From the NCBI RefSeq assembly GCF_006345805.1, contig NC_043008.1, positions 34,100,001-34,164,000 on the forward strand: a stretch of DNA of 64,000 nt, read 5' to 3'. The translations under genes and the position numbers were made by a program. How positions within the stretch are numbered: the first letter of the stretch is position 1; each line of letters opens with the position of its first letter. The stretch comes from Octopus sinensis (lineage: Eukaryota). Shown piece by piece: positions 51,433 to 64,000 of this stretch. The notes under the pieces were generated by a model that was not told the origin of the DNA, did not search any database, and saw only the letters and a list, made by a program, of their open reading frames with translations.

Positions 51433-51444
51433 AGTTGACATGAA

Positions 51445-52400
51445 GTCCCTCTAATGGTGCCCAGATATTTGTATTCGGGTAAATGGCGCTAAATCGAAAC
51501 CTTTCAACATGGGTGTTGGATTTCAACATAGATGTGTATTGTCACATCTCCTTTCCATAATTTTTATGAATTAGATTGACATGCGCAGCCTTTGTGGTTG
51601 TATCACAATCAGTAGGTGTACGGTCGGTTCGTTGATATTTGTAGATGACTCAGTACTACATGATTCATCAGAGCATGATCTCCAACATGTCCTGAAAGGG
51701 TTAGCTGTCGAGAACTGTAAGACAAGGGTGAGAATTAGTGTTGTGAAGACTGAAGCATTGATCCTCTCAAAAAGACTTTCCTGTACACTTTGCATGTAAG
51801 TGGAATGTCACTGAGATAAGAGGAGAAATTTATGTATCTCGAGACGATATTCACTAGTGATGGGAGGAAAGAGGCTGAATTGCATGCTAGAATTGGAGGT
51901 GTTGGCACAGTAATACGTCAGCTTCAGCATTTGATCCCCAGAAGAGAAGAGGTAGGTAAAAAAAAGCCAAACTTGCAATCTTCAATTCAGTTTCTACGCG
52001 TATCATCACTTTTGGCGATGAGTGTTGAGTAATGACCGAAAGAGTACGATCTCGAATACAAGGGCCGAAATGGGGTTTCTTTGCAGGGTCTCTGAAATAA
52101 CATTACTAGATAGGGTGCGTAGCTTGGAGATCTGGAAGTCTCTCCAGGTTCAGCCTCTATTTTTCTGCATTGAGAGATTACAGCCCTGATACTATGGATG
52201 TTTTAATTAGAATGTTGCCAAAAGGAAATGCAATATAGGTTCTTCAAGATGAGCCAATTGGCAGAAGACTTAGACCAAGAACAAGATGGTTTGATAATAT
52301 CTATAGTCTCAGTTGTGCTTGGGAATCCAGAAGGAAAGTGTAATGATGGTTGCTTCTGGTAGGACCCAATGGAAGAGGTACCTGAAGACTCTGCCTTATG
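51445..52400 (+). mobile_element. Degenerate RTE (Expander/REX3-like) fragment
   Basis: VNGAKSKPFNMGVG..RCVLS.LL..IFM; SLIFVDDSVL..SEHDLQH; FMYLETIFTSDG.KEAEL.ARIG. Confidence 0.75.
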
Positions 52401-52494
52401 CTCCTCTCAGGAAGAGTGAGCAAAGAAATTGTATGTATGTATGTATGTATGTATGTATGTATGTATGTATGTATGTATGTATGTATGTATGTAT

Positions 52495-52852
52495 AGACCC
52501 TGCCTCAGTAAAGCTGGACTCATGAGTAATCTACGTAGTCATAAAACGAGACAGATGAGTGACAACCTGGCCACTGGTGGTGGTGTAACACACCATACTA
52601 ATCATATCTGTCGTGCATGTGGAAGAGAGTGTAATTCGGCCTGAGGACTTAAACGACATGCAAAGGTACATGAAGCCCAGTTACAACTACAGCCGGCTAT
52701 TACCGGTAAAGGTACTAGCTGCCAATTTTGTACAAGACATTGTAGATCTTTAGCTGGGCTAAAAAGTCACATTCGATCACAGCTCCAGTAACAGTTAAGC
52801 TTCGTGCAATGGCCATACTCGATAACGAGGGGGCAGCCATAATGTATGTATG
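52495..52852 (+). mobile_element. RTE-type 3' end with tandem C2H2-like fingers and an (ATGT)n tail
   Basis: RPCLSKAGLMSNLRSH, CRACGRECNSA*GLKRHAKVH, CQFCTRHCRSLAGLKSH; short 3' UTR followed by atgtatgtatg. Confidence 0.65.
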
Positions 52853-53877
52853 CTTTTCTTTGAGTTTAAGTTCTTCTTGAGAGAGTTCAAGCCAATCGCT
52901 AACAAAGAGACAAAACTTTTTGAGTTAATGTGCCCAGTGTTTTTAAATATGTGCGTCGTTGGTTGTTTGCCGTCACTCGAGTTAAGCTGGCCAGCGAAGA
53001 TACATTTTGTTGGTTCCGTAAATAAAAACTGAAGCAAGCTTGTAAACATTTAACTGAAATATTTATCGCCGGACATAAAGATATGGCGTTGGCAATTTAC
53101 AATGTACAATATTAATAACAGCCGATTGGGATAGAAAGAAAAAACCGCACCGCTTTCGAACCAGTTTCTTATGAGACATTGTGTTGATGTTCAAATCTGT
53201 CCTTCCGAAAACCTGGTGGTGTCTGTGCAATTGTCCAGAACTGCCTGCTTGGTAAAAGTGGAGACACGTTGAATCGTCAGCTGTTTTCAACATTCTACTA
53301 TGAGTAACGCACCAAAACGGTTTTTGATAGGGGACAAGAATATTTGAGAAAACCATATTACACTACAACTTCACGCTGATTGGTCGATTTAGAGACCGAT
53401 CACATGAAATTGTGGTAGTTCACTCGTGGTGTCTGATCGAATATCTAGCAGTAAGGTTTCGAATCACTGCTACATGTAGTTGAATTAGTGTGCGCAACCT
53501 GAGTGCATCTAGTCATCTAGAGAATCTCAGATGCAGAACCTAAGGAATGTCATACAAATTTTCACTGTGCTGCAAATAGATTGAATTCGCCAGTTTGTTT
53601 TTTTTTATTTCTCTTTCTTCAAAAAACCTAACACACACACGATTATTTGATTATTACTTGAAATACCTCCTTTGATCATTAGCTTGCTTTATTAAGATCG
53701 ACAGAGAGCTAAGCAACAACAGCAAAGTTGATGGATGATTTATATATAAAATTTAAATTATTCTAAATAATTAGCTCGCCTATTAGTAAATTGGTGCTGC
53801 TTATGACGATAGAGGTGCTTCCCTTGGAATTTTGTTGCATAAACTCCTCAATTCGGTGCAAGACGTAACAGAAAGAA

Positions 53878-53912
<35 letters not shown>

Positions 53913-54049
53913 GACAAAAATAAATCAATGAAAACTGGCTTCAAACCGAAAATGCAATACAATGTATTTCAAAATAGCGACCAATATGAAATACATTAGA
54001 AACAGACGTACAATGGTTTATAAACATACAAATGTTTATATTCCTTCTT

Positions 54050-54410
54050 TTATCTTTTACTTGTTCCAGTCATAAAGTTGCGACCATGCTAGGGCACTAC
54101 CTTGAAGAATTTTAGACGAATGAATCGACCCCAGTACTTATTTTATCAAAGTCTGGTACTTATTCTAACGTTTCTTTTGCCGAACCGCTTCATTATAGAG
54201 ATGTAAATACACCATCACCGGTTGTCAAGCGATGGTGGGGGACAAACACACACACGAACACACACACGCATACATACGGCAGACTTCTTTCAGTTTTCAC
54301 TTACCAAATTCACTCAGAAAGCTTTAATCGGCCTGAGGCTTTAGTAGAAGACACTTGCCCAAGGCGCCACAGTGGAAGTGAACACGGTACGATGTGGTTG
54401 GTAAGCAAAC
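54050..54410 (-). mobile_element. CORE-like SINE
   Basis: Reverse complement of the 44155 family (agaagacacttgcccaagg; tactcttttgccgaaccgc-like). Confidence 0.85.
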
Positions 54411-54568
54411 CTTTTACCACTCAACCACGTCTGCGCCTTCGTATACATACATACGTTCTTGGGGACTGAGAAAGGGTGTCATCACTGTCTTCATATTGGT
54501 TCGCTGTTTCTCGTATATATTTACATCAACTCCAAATAGATTTCTCAAGTTTTTCGGTAAGATATTTA

Positions 54569-55317
54569 CCGTAAATCCTCGAGTGTTGTCCGCCCTTGAG
54601 TATAACACGCAGGGGATTTTTAGGGCGCTGTACCTCTGAAAAACCTAAACCTTGTGTATAATACGCTCCCCTTCTCTAACTTGAGCCAAGGAGGTCTATA
54701 TAACATCCTTGGTTTGTAAAAATGTATACGGTAACGTCCTTTATTATTACTGTATATATAACATAATGCAAACGTGTAGCTTTTTTGTGCATTTTGTTTG
54801 CAGAAAATAAAGAAATAACAGTAATAACGTCAATGAAAAACAAATATTAAGTAAATTGTCTTTAGATATTTATCATTATCAGTTACAAAAGCAAACGCAA
54901 AAACATTTATTCAAATCCTTCAAATTCAACACTTTCAGCATCAAATAACTGTTCCATTTGTTTCTCCGTAAACATGTCAGCATCATTGTAGTGTAAATCT
55001 CCGTCATCGTCAGATTCATCGTCAACATTAGAAGATTCACTTTCATTTATTTCTGAATACTTTTATTTTAATAACTGTTGCTTACTGCGAGTTATGGATG
55101 ATTCTTTTATGACTTCATTGCTTTCAAGCTTAGCTTAAGGTATTTTCGCGCCCGACATCACAAAATGTGTTTGGATAAACATTGCCAGACAGCAAATAGA
55201 GACTTGGATATTGCTTAGAAAATATTTTTCATTTTTAACCTCGTATATAGTACGTACTAGGGATTTTGGCCTTTAAATTTTGGGGAAAAAATGCGGATTA
55301 TACTCGAGGATTTACGG
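54569..55317 (-). mobile_element. pogo/Tigger-like deletion derivative
   Basis: TA-flanked TIRs ccgtaaatcctcgagt / actcgaggatttacgg. The reverse strand retains an acidic C-terminus DDESDDDGD...QLFDAESVEFEGFE*. Confidence 0.8.
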
Positions 55318-55463
55318 TATTTAAATGCTGTGCATCATTGAAAGCTGTTGCCTTATCTAGTCTTAACCCTTGATGGGAAGCTTCAGACGTTCAGCACTGT
55401 GCCGTGTTATCAGTTCGGTGACTGGTACAGCTTGCAATGGTAAAGTCTTATGCAGTAGTACAT

Positions 55464-55540
<77 letters not shown>

Positions 55541-55599
55541 GCATGCATACACACACACGCGCGCGCGCGCACGTATAGACATACACATATAATGATGTG

Positions 55600-56170
55600 T
55601 GCATCCATTCTTGATACTCACTGGTTTGCGTGAACGCATCATCAATGTGATGTCATTGAGTGCTTCAGATTTTTCAACAAACACCTTCACCGGGCAACCC
55701 AACCAATATCAATCAATCCTCAACTTGTGTCCAATTAGAGCTTCCACAATTTATGATCCACAACCACATTAAGGCAATCTCTGCGATCTCCATAGCCAAC
55801 TTAATCGCCTTCTGTCTACTGGCCCTTGTGATGCCCAGCAAGTTGTAGTCTGTGTAGAGGGACAGGCCTGAAAACCTTGAGTATCTCACCTCAATGGGGT
55901 CACACTTTGCTTGCCACCCATTGTTTCAGCATAGCTCCACCAGCTCAGTATATTTCATTCACTTTCTCTCATTTGCCTCCTCAGAATGTGTCTCCCAAGG
56001 AATTGGACGCTTCTGAGATTAGAATCATATCCGATTTTAGCGATGATGTTAAGGAAACTTCAGGTACTTTCCCAGATCGACTTTCAGCTCCAAGTCTTGT
56101 GCTTTTCCTTGTAGGTTCAGGGAAGTGAACCTGGCGGCTGGCGTCATTTTCAAGGTAGCCTTAATAAAAG
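55600..56170 (-). mobile_element. Second HERO-clade 3' fragment (different family from 23055)
   Basis: The reverse strand reads SDMILISEAS..WE..EEANERK.MKYTELVELC.NNGWQAKCDPIEV..R.F..LLGITRASRQKAIKLA..A..WLWI; the 3' UTR contains catcacattgatgatg. Confidence 0.8.
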
Positions 56171-56224
56171 CGATAGCTATTTATGTTAGTCAGAGGCCTC
56201 ACCAACGGCTAATCTTGCTGTGAA

Positions 56225-56447
56225 TGGTGTCTTCTTTAACCTTTAGGACGAAATGCTTTGCGGTATTTCGTCTGCCATTACGTTCTGAGTTCAAATTTCG
56301 CCGAGGTCGACTTTGCTTTTCGTCCTTTCGGGGTCGATTAAATAAAGCACCAGTTACGCACTGGGGTCGATGTAATCGACTTAACCTCTTTGTCTGTCCT
56401 TGTTTCTCCCATCTATGTTTAGCCCCTTGTGGGTAGTAAAGAAATAT
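56225..56447 (+). mobile_element. GAGCTGGCAGAA-family SINE, variant tail (tttagccccttgtgggtagtaaagaaata)
   Basis: B box gagttcaaatttc; the same tail occurs at 62425-62645 (-). Confidence 0.85.
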
Positions 56448-56851
56448 ATACAAGTACGAAAACGAAACGTAAATGAGTAAAGAGAAATAACTCAGACTGG
56501 CAAATGACATGTGTCTGAACAACGAAGAGGAATGAGAGGATGTTAATTATATCATATAACATACAAAATGAAATATTGATTTGTGGAAATTATCACCGCT
56601 TTCAGGAATTGTAAAAGAATCGCTTGGGGATAATTAGAGCTGGCTCCAAAGGAGCATGGGAAGTAATCTCAAGAATCTAGACCTCTAAATTTGATGTATA
56701 TATCTTTGCATATAGCTTTATACATACACGCATACGGGTATGTGCATTATCTCCCTTGCATCGAGTCTCAATGACAAGCACCCACGGTGCGCGCCCACAC
56801 ACACACACACACTCACACACATACGCACACACACACATACACACACACACA

Positions 56852-56888
<37 letters not shown>

Positions 56889-56984
56889 GCACACACAAGA
56901 GCACAGTGGGACGAGAAGGAAGGGAAGTTATATAGTGTTTAGCATACTGACATTTTAAGCCTTGTGCGTATACTCTTTTCTCTC

Positions 56985-57205
56985 TTTTTACTCTTTTACT
57001 TGTTTCAGTCATTTGACTGTGGCCATGCTGGAGCACCGCCTTTAGTCGAGCAAATCAACCCCAGGACCTATTCTTTGTAAGCCTAGTACTTATTCTATTG
57101 TACTCTTTTGCCGAACCGCTAAGTTACAGGGACGTAAACGCACCAGCATCGGTTGTCAAACGATGTTGGGGGGACAAACACAGACACACAAACGTACACA
57201 CACAA

Positions 57206-57236
<31 letters not shown>

Positions 57237-57410
57237 TATATGTATATACGACGGGCTTCTTTCAGTTTCCGTCTATCAAATCCATTCACAACGCTTTGGT
57301 CGGCCCGAGGCTTTAGTAGAAGACACTTACCCAAAGTGCCACGCAGTGGGACTGAACCCGGAACCATGTGGTTCGTAAGCAAGCTACTTACCACACAGCC
57401 ACTCCAACGC
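56985..57410 (-). mobile_element. Full-length CORE-like SINE
   Basis: Near-exact reverse complement of 44155-44570. Confidence 0.92.
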
Positions 57411-57429
57411 CTATATAGAAAGAATTATT

Positions 57430-58310
57430 AATATTGATTTCAAATGTTGGCACAAGGCCAGCAATTTCGGGAGAGTGGGTACATCGACCCCATGCTCGAC
57501 TGGTAATTAAAAATGATCAATATTAATATCACTTCACGAGCTGGCAGAATCATTAGCTCGCCGAGCAAAATGGTTAGCTGCTTACGTTCTGAGTTCAAAT
57601 TCTGTCGAACTCCGAGAACTTTGCTTTTCATCCTTTCAAGGTCAATAAAATAAGCAATAGTTGAGCACTGAGGTCGCTGTAATCGACTCACGCTCTCCCC
57701 TAAATTTTTTTAGGCCTAGTACCTATTATACGAAAGAAAGGAATATTAGTGTAGTTTATTTAATAATATCAATATTACTAAAATATTAGTAAAATAGACG
57801 CTACTAATTATTAGTATTAGTACTAAGATAGACAAACTATTACTTAGTGCTTGCATTAACATGAACAGGCTGGTACTTGATATTGTTAGCAATATGGATA
57901 AGCCGGCGAACTGGTAGAATCGTTAGCACACTGGACAAAATGCTTAGCGGCATCTCGTCCGTCATCACGTTCTGAGTTCAAATTCCGCCGCGGTCGACTT
58001 TCCCTTTCATCATTTCGAGATCAATAAAAGAAATAACAGTTGAACAGTGGGGTCAATACAATCGACTTACTCACTCCCTCAAAATTGCTGGCCTTGGCAA
58101 CGAGCTGGCAGAATCGGTAGCACGGCGGGCAATATGTTTAGCGGCATTTCGTCCGTGTTTATGTTCTGGGTTCAAATTCCACCATGGTCGACTTTACCTT
58201 TTATCTTCTCGGGGTCAGTAAAATAAGTACCAGTTGAACACTGGGGTCGAGACAATTGATTTATTCCCGTCCCCAAACTTGCTGGCCTTGTACCAAATTT
58301 GAAACTATCA
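57430..58310. mobile_element. Cluster of four GAGCTGGCAGAA-family SINE pieces (one - tail, three + copies)
   Basis: Heads at ~57537, ~57903 and ~58098; reverse tail at ~57430-57505. Confidence 0.85.
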
Positions 58311-58333
58311 TTAGTAATATGGAGAGAATATTA

Positions 58334-59865
58334 TTAGGTCGTCCCACAAATAATGCGTTTTTTTTCAATTGCATGAACTAAAAGTCGGAGGGGGATGGGA
58401 TAAACTATTGCATCAACTTGCTATAAAATCAGGTAGTAATTTTACCTTGTCTTTATTCTTAGTGCAAGTTTTAAAGAGTGCAGTTCGATTTTAACCGTTA
58501 TTTTTTCAGAGCTATAATGAAAGTGACAAAGGAATATATTCGGCATATTTTGCTTTATGAGTTCAATAAAAGCAACAACGCAACGGAAAATGTGAGGGAT
58601 ATTAATGCAGTATATGGGGATCGGGCAATAAGCGTAAGCCAGTGTCAACGGTGAAGACGAGCCTTGTCCTGGAAGATCTGTAGAGCTCGACGAGGAAGTC
58701 CTGCAAACCCTGGTGGAACAAAGTCCCATTGTAACTGTTGAGGAACTAGCAGAGAAGCTTGGATTTAGTCATTCAACACCTGCGTGCCATCGGAAAAGTC
58801 AGCAAATTGGGTCAATGGATTCCTCACAAACTTTCCGAGTCTAATTGCGCACAGAGAGTGAATGTATGCTCTTCTTTGCTGCCACGTCTCATGAATGAAC
58901 TTTTTTTTTAACCGAATGGTGACTAGTGACGAAAAATGGGTTCTTTAAAAAAATGTCAAGCACTGAAGACAGTGGTTAGGGAAAGGAGAAACACCGGTAC
59001 CCCAAGCTAAAGAAGGTCTTCACTTACGTAAGGTGTTGTCATCTGTTTGGTGGGATATGAAAGGTTTAGCCCACTTTGAAATTTTAAACCCAAACCAAAC
59101 GATAACGCACTGCGCGCAGCTTGAGCGGCTAAAGTCAGCGCTAGAAGAAAACCGACCATCTTTGGTTGACGAAAGGTGTTCTTCCTTCAATGGAGGCACA
59201 TGGCCTAGTGGTTAGAGCAGCGGACACGCGGTCGAGGGGTCGCAGGTTCGAATCTCAGACCGCGCGATGTGCGTGTTTATGAGCGAAACACCTAAGCTCC
59301 ACGCGGCTCCGGCAGAAGGTAATGGCGAACTTCTGCTGACTCTTTCGCCACAGCTTTCTCTCACTCTTTCCTCCTGCATCTTGCAGCTCACCTGCGATGG
59401 ACCGGCGTCCCGTCCAGGTGGGGAACCTATACGCCAAGGAAACCGGGAAACCGGCCCTTATGAGCCATGGATGGCTCGAGAAGGAACAAACAGGTTCTTC
59501 CTTCAGAATAATGCTCGGCCACATACAGCGTGGATGACATTCCGAAGGCTGGAGCACTTTGGATAGGAAGCGATGCCCACTCACCATATTCACCGGTCAT
59601 TGCCCCATCCGATTATCATTTATTCCGCAGACTTCAAAATCATATGAATGGGAAAATATGAATTCTGTCAGAGCAGTACTGGAGGAGTATTTTACGTCAC
59701 GGACAAATGAATTTTGGAAGAGGGTCCTTGCAAGTCTACCAGATGGATGGAAGAGCTTTGTAATAAATGAAGGAGAGTATATTTTAGATGAAAAAAGAAC
59801 TTTATCTTAATTTTGAAAAATAAAGAAGTATAAAAAAAAACTGCATTATTTATGGGATGACCCAA
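58334..59865 (+). mobile_element. Full-length mariner relic interrupted by a SINE
   Basis: TA-flanked TIRs ttaggtcgtcccacaaataatgc / gcattatttatgggatgacccaa. Transposase remnants: IFRHILLYEF.K.NNA, KLGQWIPHKL, VTSDEKWV, KVLSSVWWDMKG and QNNARPH. Confidence 0.9.
59190..59493 (+). mobile_element. tRNA-derived SINE with 12-bp TSD and V-domain-like segment
   Basis: A box TGGCCTAGTGG, B box GGTTCGAATC, and gcgatggaccggcgtcccgtccagg. TSD GTTCTTCCTTCA at 59178-59189 and 59494-59505. Confidence 0.92.
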
Positions 59866-60049
59866 TATTTAGTATTTGTATCATGATGGTCAGCACTATT
59901 ATTCTGGGTTTCTATATCAATCCTGTCGTTCTGTGTAGGTTGATTGTTAAAAAGAGTGAAAGAGGTAGTCTGGGAGCAATAATGTGTTACGGTAATGAAA
60001 GACAAACTGAAGCAGAAGGGGGGAAAGGATGTGAAGGGAGAGGGTGGTG

Positions 60050-60052
60050 TGT

Positions 60053-60098
<46 letters not shown>

Positions 60099-60159
60099 GG
60101 TGGTGGTGGTGGTGGCGGCGGCGGCGGCGGCGGTGATGGTGGTGGTGGTGGTGGTGGTG

Positions 60160-60204
<45 letters not shown>

Positions 60205-60365
60205 AGTAGAAGAAGAAGAAGAAGAAGAACAACAACAACAACAAGAAAAGAAGGAGGAGGGGGAGGAGGAGAAGAAAAGAAGCAGGACAAAGTGAACAAG
60301 AAGGAGGTAGAGAAGAAGGAAAAGAATTAGGAAGAGAAGGAGGAGGATAAGGGGAGGAAGAAGAA
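60050..60365. repeat. Compound trinucleotide tract (GGT/AGT/GGC/AGA/ACA/GGA)
   Basis: Directly visible. Confidence 0.95.
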
Positions 60366-60539
60366 TTAAGTCAACTGTTATGCAGTGTTTTAAATGTAGA
60401 TTTGAAAGGACATTGAATCGATGGTGGTGTTGTATATAGCAGGAGAGTAAAGTTTGTAGAGGGTCTTTAACATGGTTACTATCTTGACAGCTGACATTTA
60501 AGACAGGACAACGTTGACAGAACAAAACCTATGAACAAA

Positions 60540-60714
60540 AACACCAACACACACACACACACACAAATAGTCATGCATACGTGTGCATACACACACATAT
60601 GCACACGCAAATACATACAAACACGACTTGTAAATATGTATGTGCATATGTATATATATATACATATCTATACACACGCACACACAAACACACACATACA
60701 TATATGCATGTATT

Positions 60715-60770
<56 letters not shown>

Positions 60771-60976
60771 TACACACACAACAATATATATATATATTAT
60801 ATATATATATATATAATATATATATATATATGTATAGAGCGGAGAGATAGATAGATAGATAGATAGAGATAGATTAGATAGATAGATATATGCATATCTC
60901 TATTGTATACACGTACACACACACACACACTCACACATACAACACACCTACACTTACATATACATATATAAATGTG

Positions 60977-61020
<44 letters not shown>

Positions 61021-61056
61021 CACACATATATATATATGCATATATCTATCTATTTA

Positions 61057-61124
<68 letters not shown>

Positions 61125-61133
61125 GTCTGTATG

Positions 61134-61224
<91 letters not shown>

Positions 61225-61257
61225 GTCTGTCTGTCTGTCCATGTAAGTATCTATCCA

Positions 61258-61302
<45 letters not shown>

Positions 61303-61697
61303 ATACACACACACATATATACACACATACATATCTATTGTATACAAATACACATACACATGCACACACACGCACACACCACACCACAGCACACTACACC
61401 ACACCATGTTATGAAAGTTAATCATATCACTGACAAAGAAGTGAAAATAAAAACAAGGAAGGAAAATAGAAGAAAGAAAGAGAGAAAAGAAAAGAAAGAA
61501 AGAGAGAAAGGAAGAATGAATGAATGAATGAAAAAAAACCACAAACAGAAAATAAACGAAGCTTAATTAATGCTTGGTTAATAGTTTTGCTTTCGTCTCT
61601 GTAAAATCATTTAACTCTTAAAACCCCCTACCGAACATCTTATACATTCATTTTCTGCCTCTCTATCTACCTGTCTGTCTGTGTATATATATGTATA

Positions 61698-61738
<41 letters not shown>

Positions 61739-62049
61739 TATATATATATTATATATTATATATATATATCATATATAATATATAACATATGTATGCATGT
61801 ATGTATGTATGTATGTATGTATGTATGTATGTATATATATATCCGCTCAGTCGAAGTCGACTCTAGGTTACTCCATGGATCAGTGTCTCCAGTCAGTTCT
61901 ATCCTGGGCCGCTTCTATATATTTATATATAATATATATATATATATAATATATATATATATGTATATATATAGTGTGTGTGTTGTGTGGTATATATATA
62001 TGTGTGTGTTGTGTGTGTGTATATATGTGTGTGTATGCATGTATGTCCG

Positions 62050-62097
<48 letters not shown>
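60540..62097. repeat. Dense microsatellite block: (CA)n, (TA)n, (GATA)n, (TCTA)n/(TCTG)n, (TATG)n
   Basis: Directly visible. Confidence 0.95.
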
Positions 62098-62424
62098 GGA
62101 CGTCATTTGAGTTGAGAAACTTTCGAAAATACTTGGAATGATAATGTTTTTGGAACGGCGAATCAGGAAGCAAAATAAAGTTATGAACAATGTCGTGTAA
62201 ATTTTGGGTCCAGCAACATTTACAGGATATGTGTGTCGAATTCCACGAAAAGCTTTGCATTTTTTTCTATCCAGAAGTGTTTTTTTTTTTAAAGAAAAAT
62301 CCAATATTTACAGATTTTTGTGCTTTGAGATTCACCGTTTCCCTCCACAAAAAGAGAATTATACAAACATGCACACCTACGTACATACATTCATACACAC
62401 ACTCACACATGCACATATATATAT

Positions 62425-62645
62425 ATTTCTTTACTACCCACAAGGGGCTAAACACAGAGGAGACAAACAAGGACAGACATTAAGTCGATTACATCGACCC
62501 CATTGCGTAACTGGTACTTTATTTATCGACCCCGAAAGGATGAAAGGCAAAGTCAACCTCGGCGGAATTTGAACTCAGAACGTAACGGCAGACGAAATAC
62601 CGCTTAGCATTTCACCCGGCGCGCTAACGGTTCTGCCAGCACAGT
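62425..62645 (-). mobile_element. GAGCTGGCAGAA-family SINE, variant tail
   Basis: atttctttactacccacaaggggctaaac...cggcggaatttgaactcagaacg...ggttctgccagc. Confidence 0.9.
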
Positions 62646-63124
62646 TGTATATACACCGGTCTGCAGGTATGTCTCTCTGAGTGTCTGACGGTCTGCCTCT
62701 GTCTGTCTGTCTGTCTAACCTCCTCCCTGTCAGAGTGTTGACAATATTTATTAACAAGTACAAGTTATTATTTTTGCTGGTCTTTACAGGTGTCATTTTT
62801 CTTTACATATTTTTTTTGTTATCCAAGTCATTATCACTATTATAAAATGCGATGTCGTCAAGGAGAGGATTTTCATGAAAGTGTGTAGAGTAAGAAAGAT
62901 TATTTCGAATAGTTTAATTAGAATAACAAGTTTTAAAAACCACGGGAGTTATAGTAAAAAAAACACAAAAATGATATAGTTGTTAGTATCTTCGTTTGTT
63001 ACCTGGATGATAGGTGTGGAGGGCGTTAGTAAAAGTGTTAGTAGAGGACATCGAATGGAGAAGGGGTAGAAGATAGAGACAGAGATAGAGAGATAGGTAA
63101 AGATAAAGAGTGAAAGACAAGGTA

Positions 63125-63170
<46 letters not shown>

Positions 63171-63844
63171 TAAAAGGGGAAAGCAGCATAATTGCAGGTA
63201 TAAAGATGCATTTGGTTAATGAGATTGTAAGGTATGTGCCAGCTGGAGTAACAATACCAACTTCATTATCACCCCCAACACCGTAAGTTAACTATTTTTA
63301 TGTTATATTATTTATTTATTTACTTAGTTTTTTTTTGTAACTTTGTAACTCTCCTTGCAAAGAAAATTGTCGAATTTCCACTTAGTCAATAAACAGACTG
63401 GAATTTCACTTATTTTACCTTTACATTCATACATGGTGGAAGTTAATTCGTGACCAAGTAAGACCACTTCCTAAACTCAGTAAGTCGGTGCAAGTGTTCC
63501 GAGAGTCCAAGAAGTTTCTGTGCGTGAATTTGTTTTGAGTGGATAATGCGTTGCACATCACTGAACTCACTTATCGGTGCATTCAACTGTAAAACCAGTG
63601 GTGCAACAGACGTTGAGACGAAGTTTAGATTTTTTTTGTTGTTTTTGTATGAATTTACCTTTTAGAAGAAAATTCTAGTGAGAACTAAGGGGTCTTTCAC
63701 TACAAAGGCGTGGTTTACATGTTAATTAAATTTATTGTGGGGACCTTAACAGGTGTTGCTACTCAGGGTCAGAGTTTTCTAAGTTTTGTAAGTACATATG
63801 TACAAATACACACTCAGGCACATATGTACTTGTATACATATCTC

Positions 63845-63960
63845 TGTATGTATGTATGTATGTATGTATGTATATATGTATGTATGTATGTATGAATGTA
63901 TGTATGTATGTATGTATGTATGTATGTATGAATATATGTATGTATGTATGTACGTAAGTA
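63845..63960. repeat. (TATG)n microsatellite
   Basis: Directly visible. Confidence 0.95.
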
Positions 63961-64000
63961 TGTTTGTACTTACAAAATTTCGAAGTTTCAGGTAAAGGTA

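Noticed and set aside
55877-56170. Apparent host exon on either strand
   Set aside because: The minus-strand frames join into a HERO RLE domain (SDMILISEAS…EEANERK…PIEV), so it is a retrotransposon remnant.
59190-59265. tRNA gene (also 42840-42910 and 44160-44225)
   Set aside because: The tRNA-like head continues into a SINE body, has a TSD in one case, and lacks a complete acceptor stem.
59850-60525. Poly-Gly/Ser/Thr/Pro/His ORFs
   Set aside because: All six frames are open owing to trinucleotide repeats, with no flanking coding signal.

Overview
AT-rich, repeat-saturated animal DNA. An octopus/coleoid origin is likely: this is inferred from the tRNA-derived SINE families and the very large (TATG)n/(TA)n/(AAT)n load, and was not verified by search. 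I cannot support any intact host protein-coding gene. Nearly all long ORFs are microsatellite translations or fragments of transposon proteins. Recognisable content: several RTE-clade LINE families; two R4/Dong-type and two HERO-type restriction-like-endonuclease (RLE) retrotransposon families; up to three Penelope-like element (PLE) lineages plus a solo pseudo-LTR carrying a minimal hammerhead ribozyme motif; a solo LTR; two full-length mariner relics; pogo-, hAT- and Helentron-like non-autonomous elements; a TTAGGG-bearing foldback/MITE family; and dozens of SINEs. The most interesting signal is an apparent (AAT)n-microsatellite-targeting system. Dong/R4 elements and four copies of a ~555-575 bp non-coding element lie in the same orientation relative to (AAT)n tracts and form a head-to-tail array at 25.1-33.4 kb. 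That element has a fixed 5' end, no recognisable Pol III boxes, no TIRs and no 3' homology to Dong. Secondary signals are hammerhead motifs, SINE tail swapping, a four-level nested insertion and possible minus-strand microexons in a tandem duplication. Coordinates were counted by eye and may be off by a few bases, more at degenerate ends.
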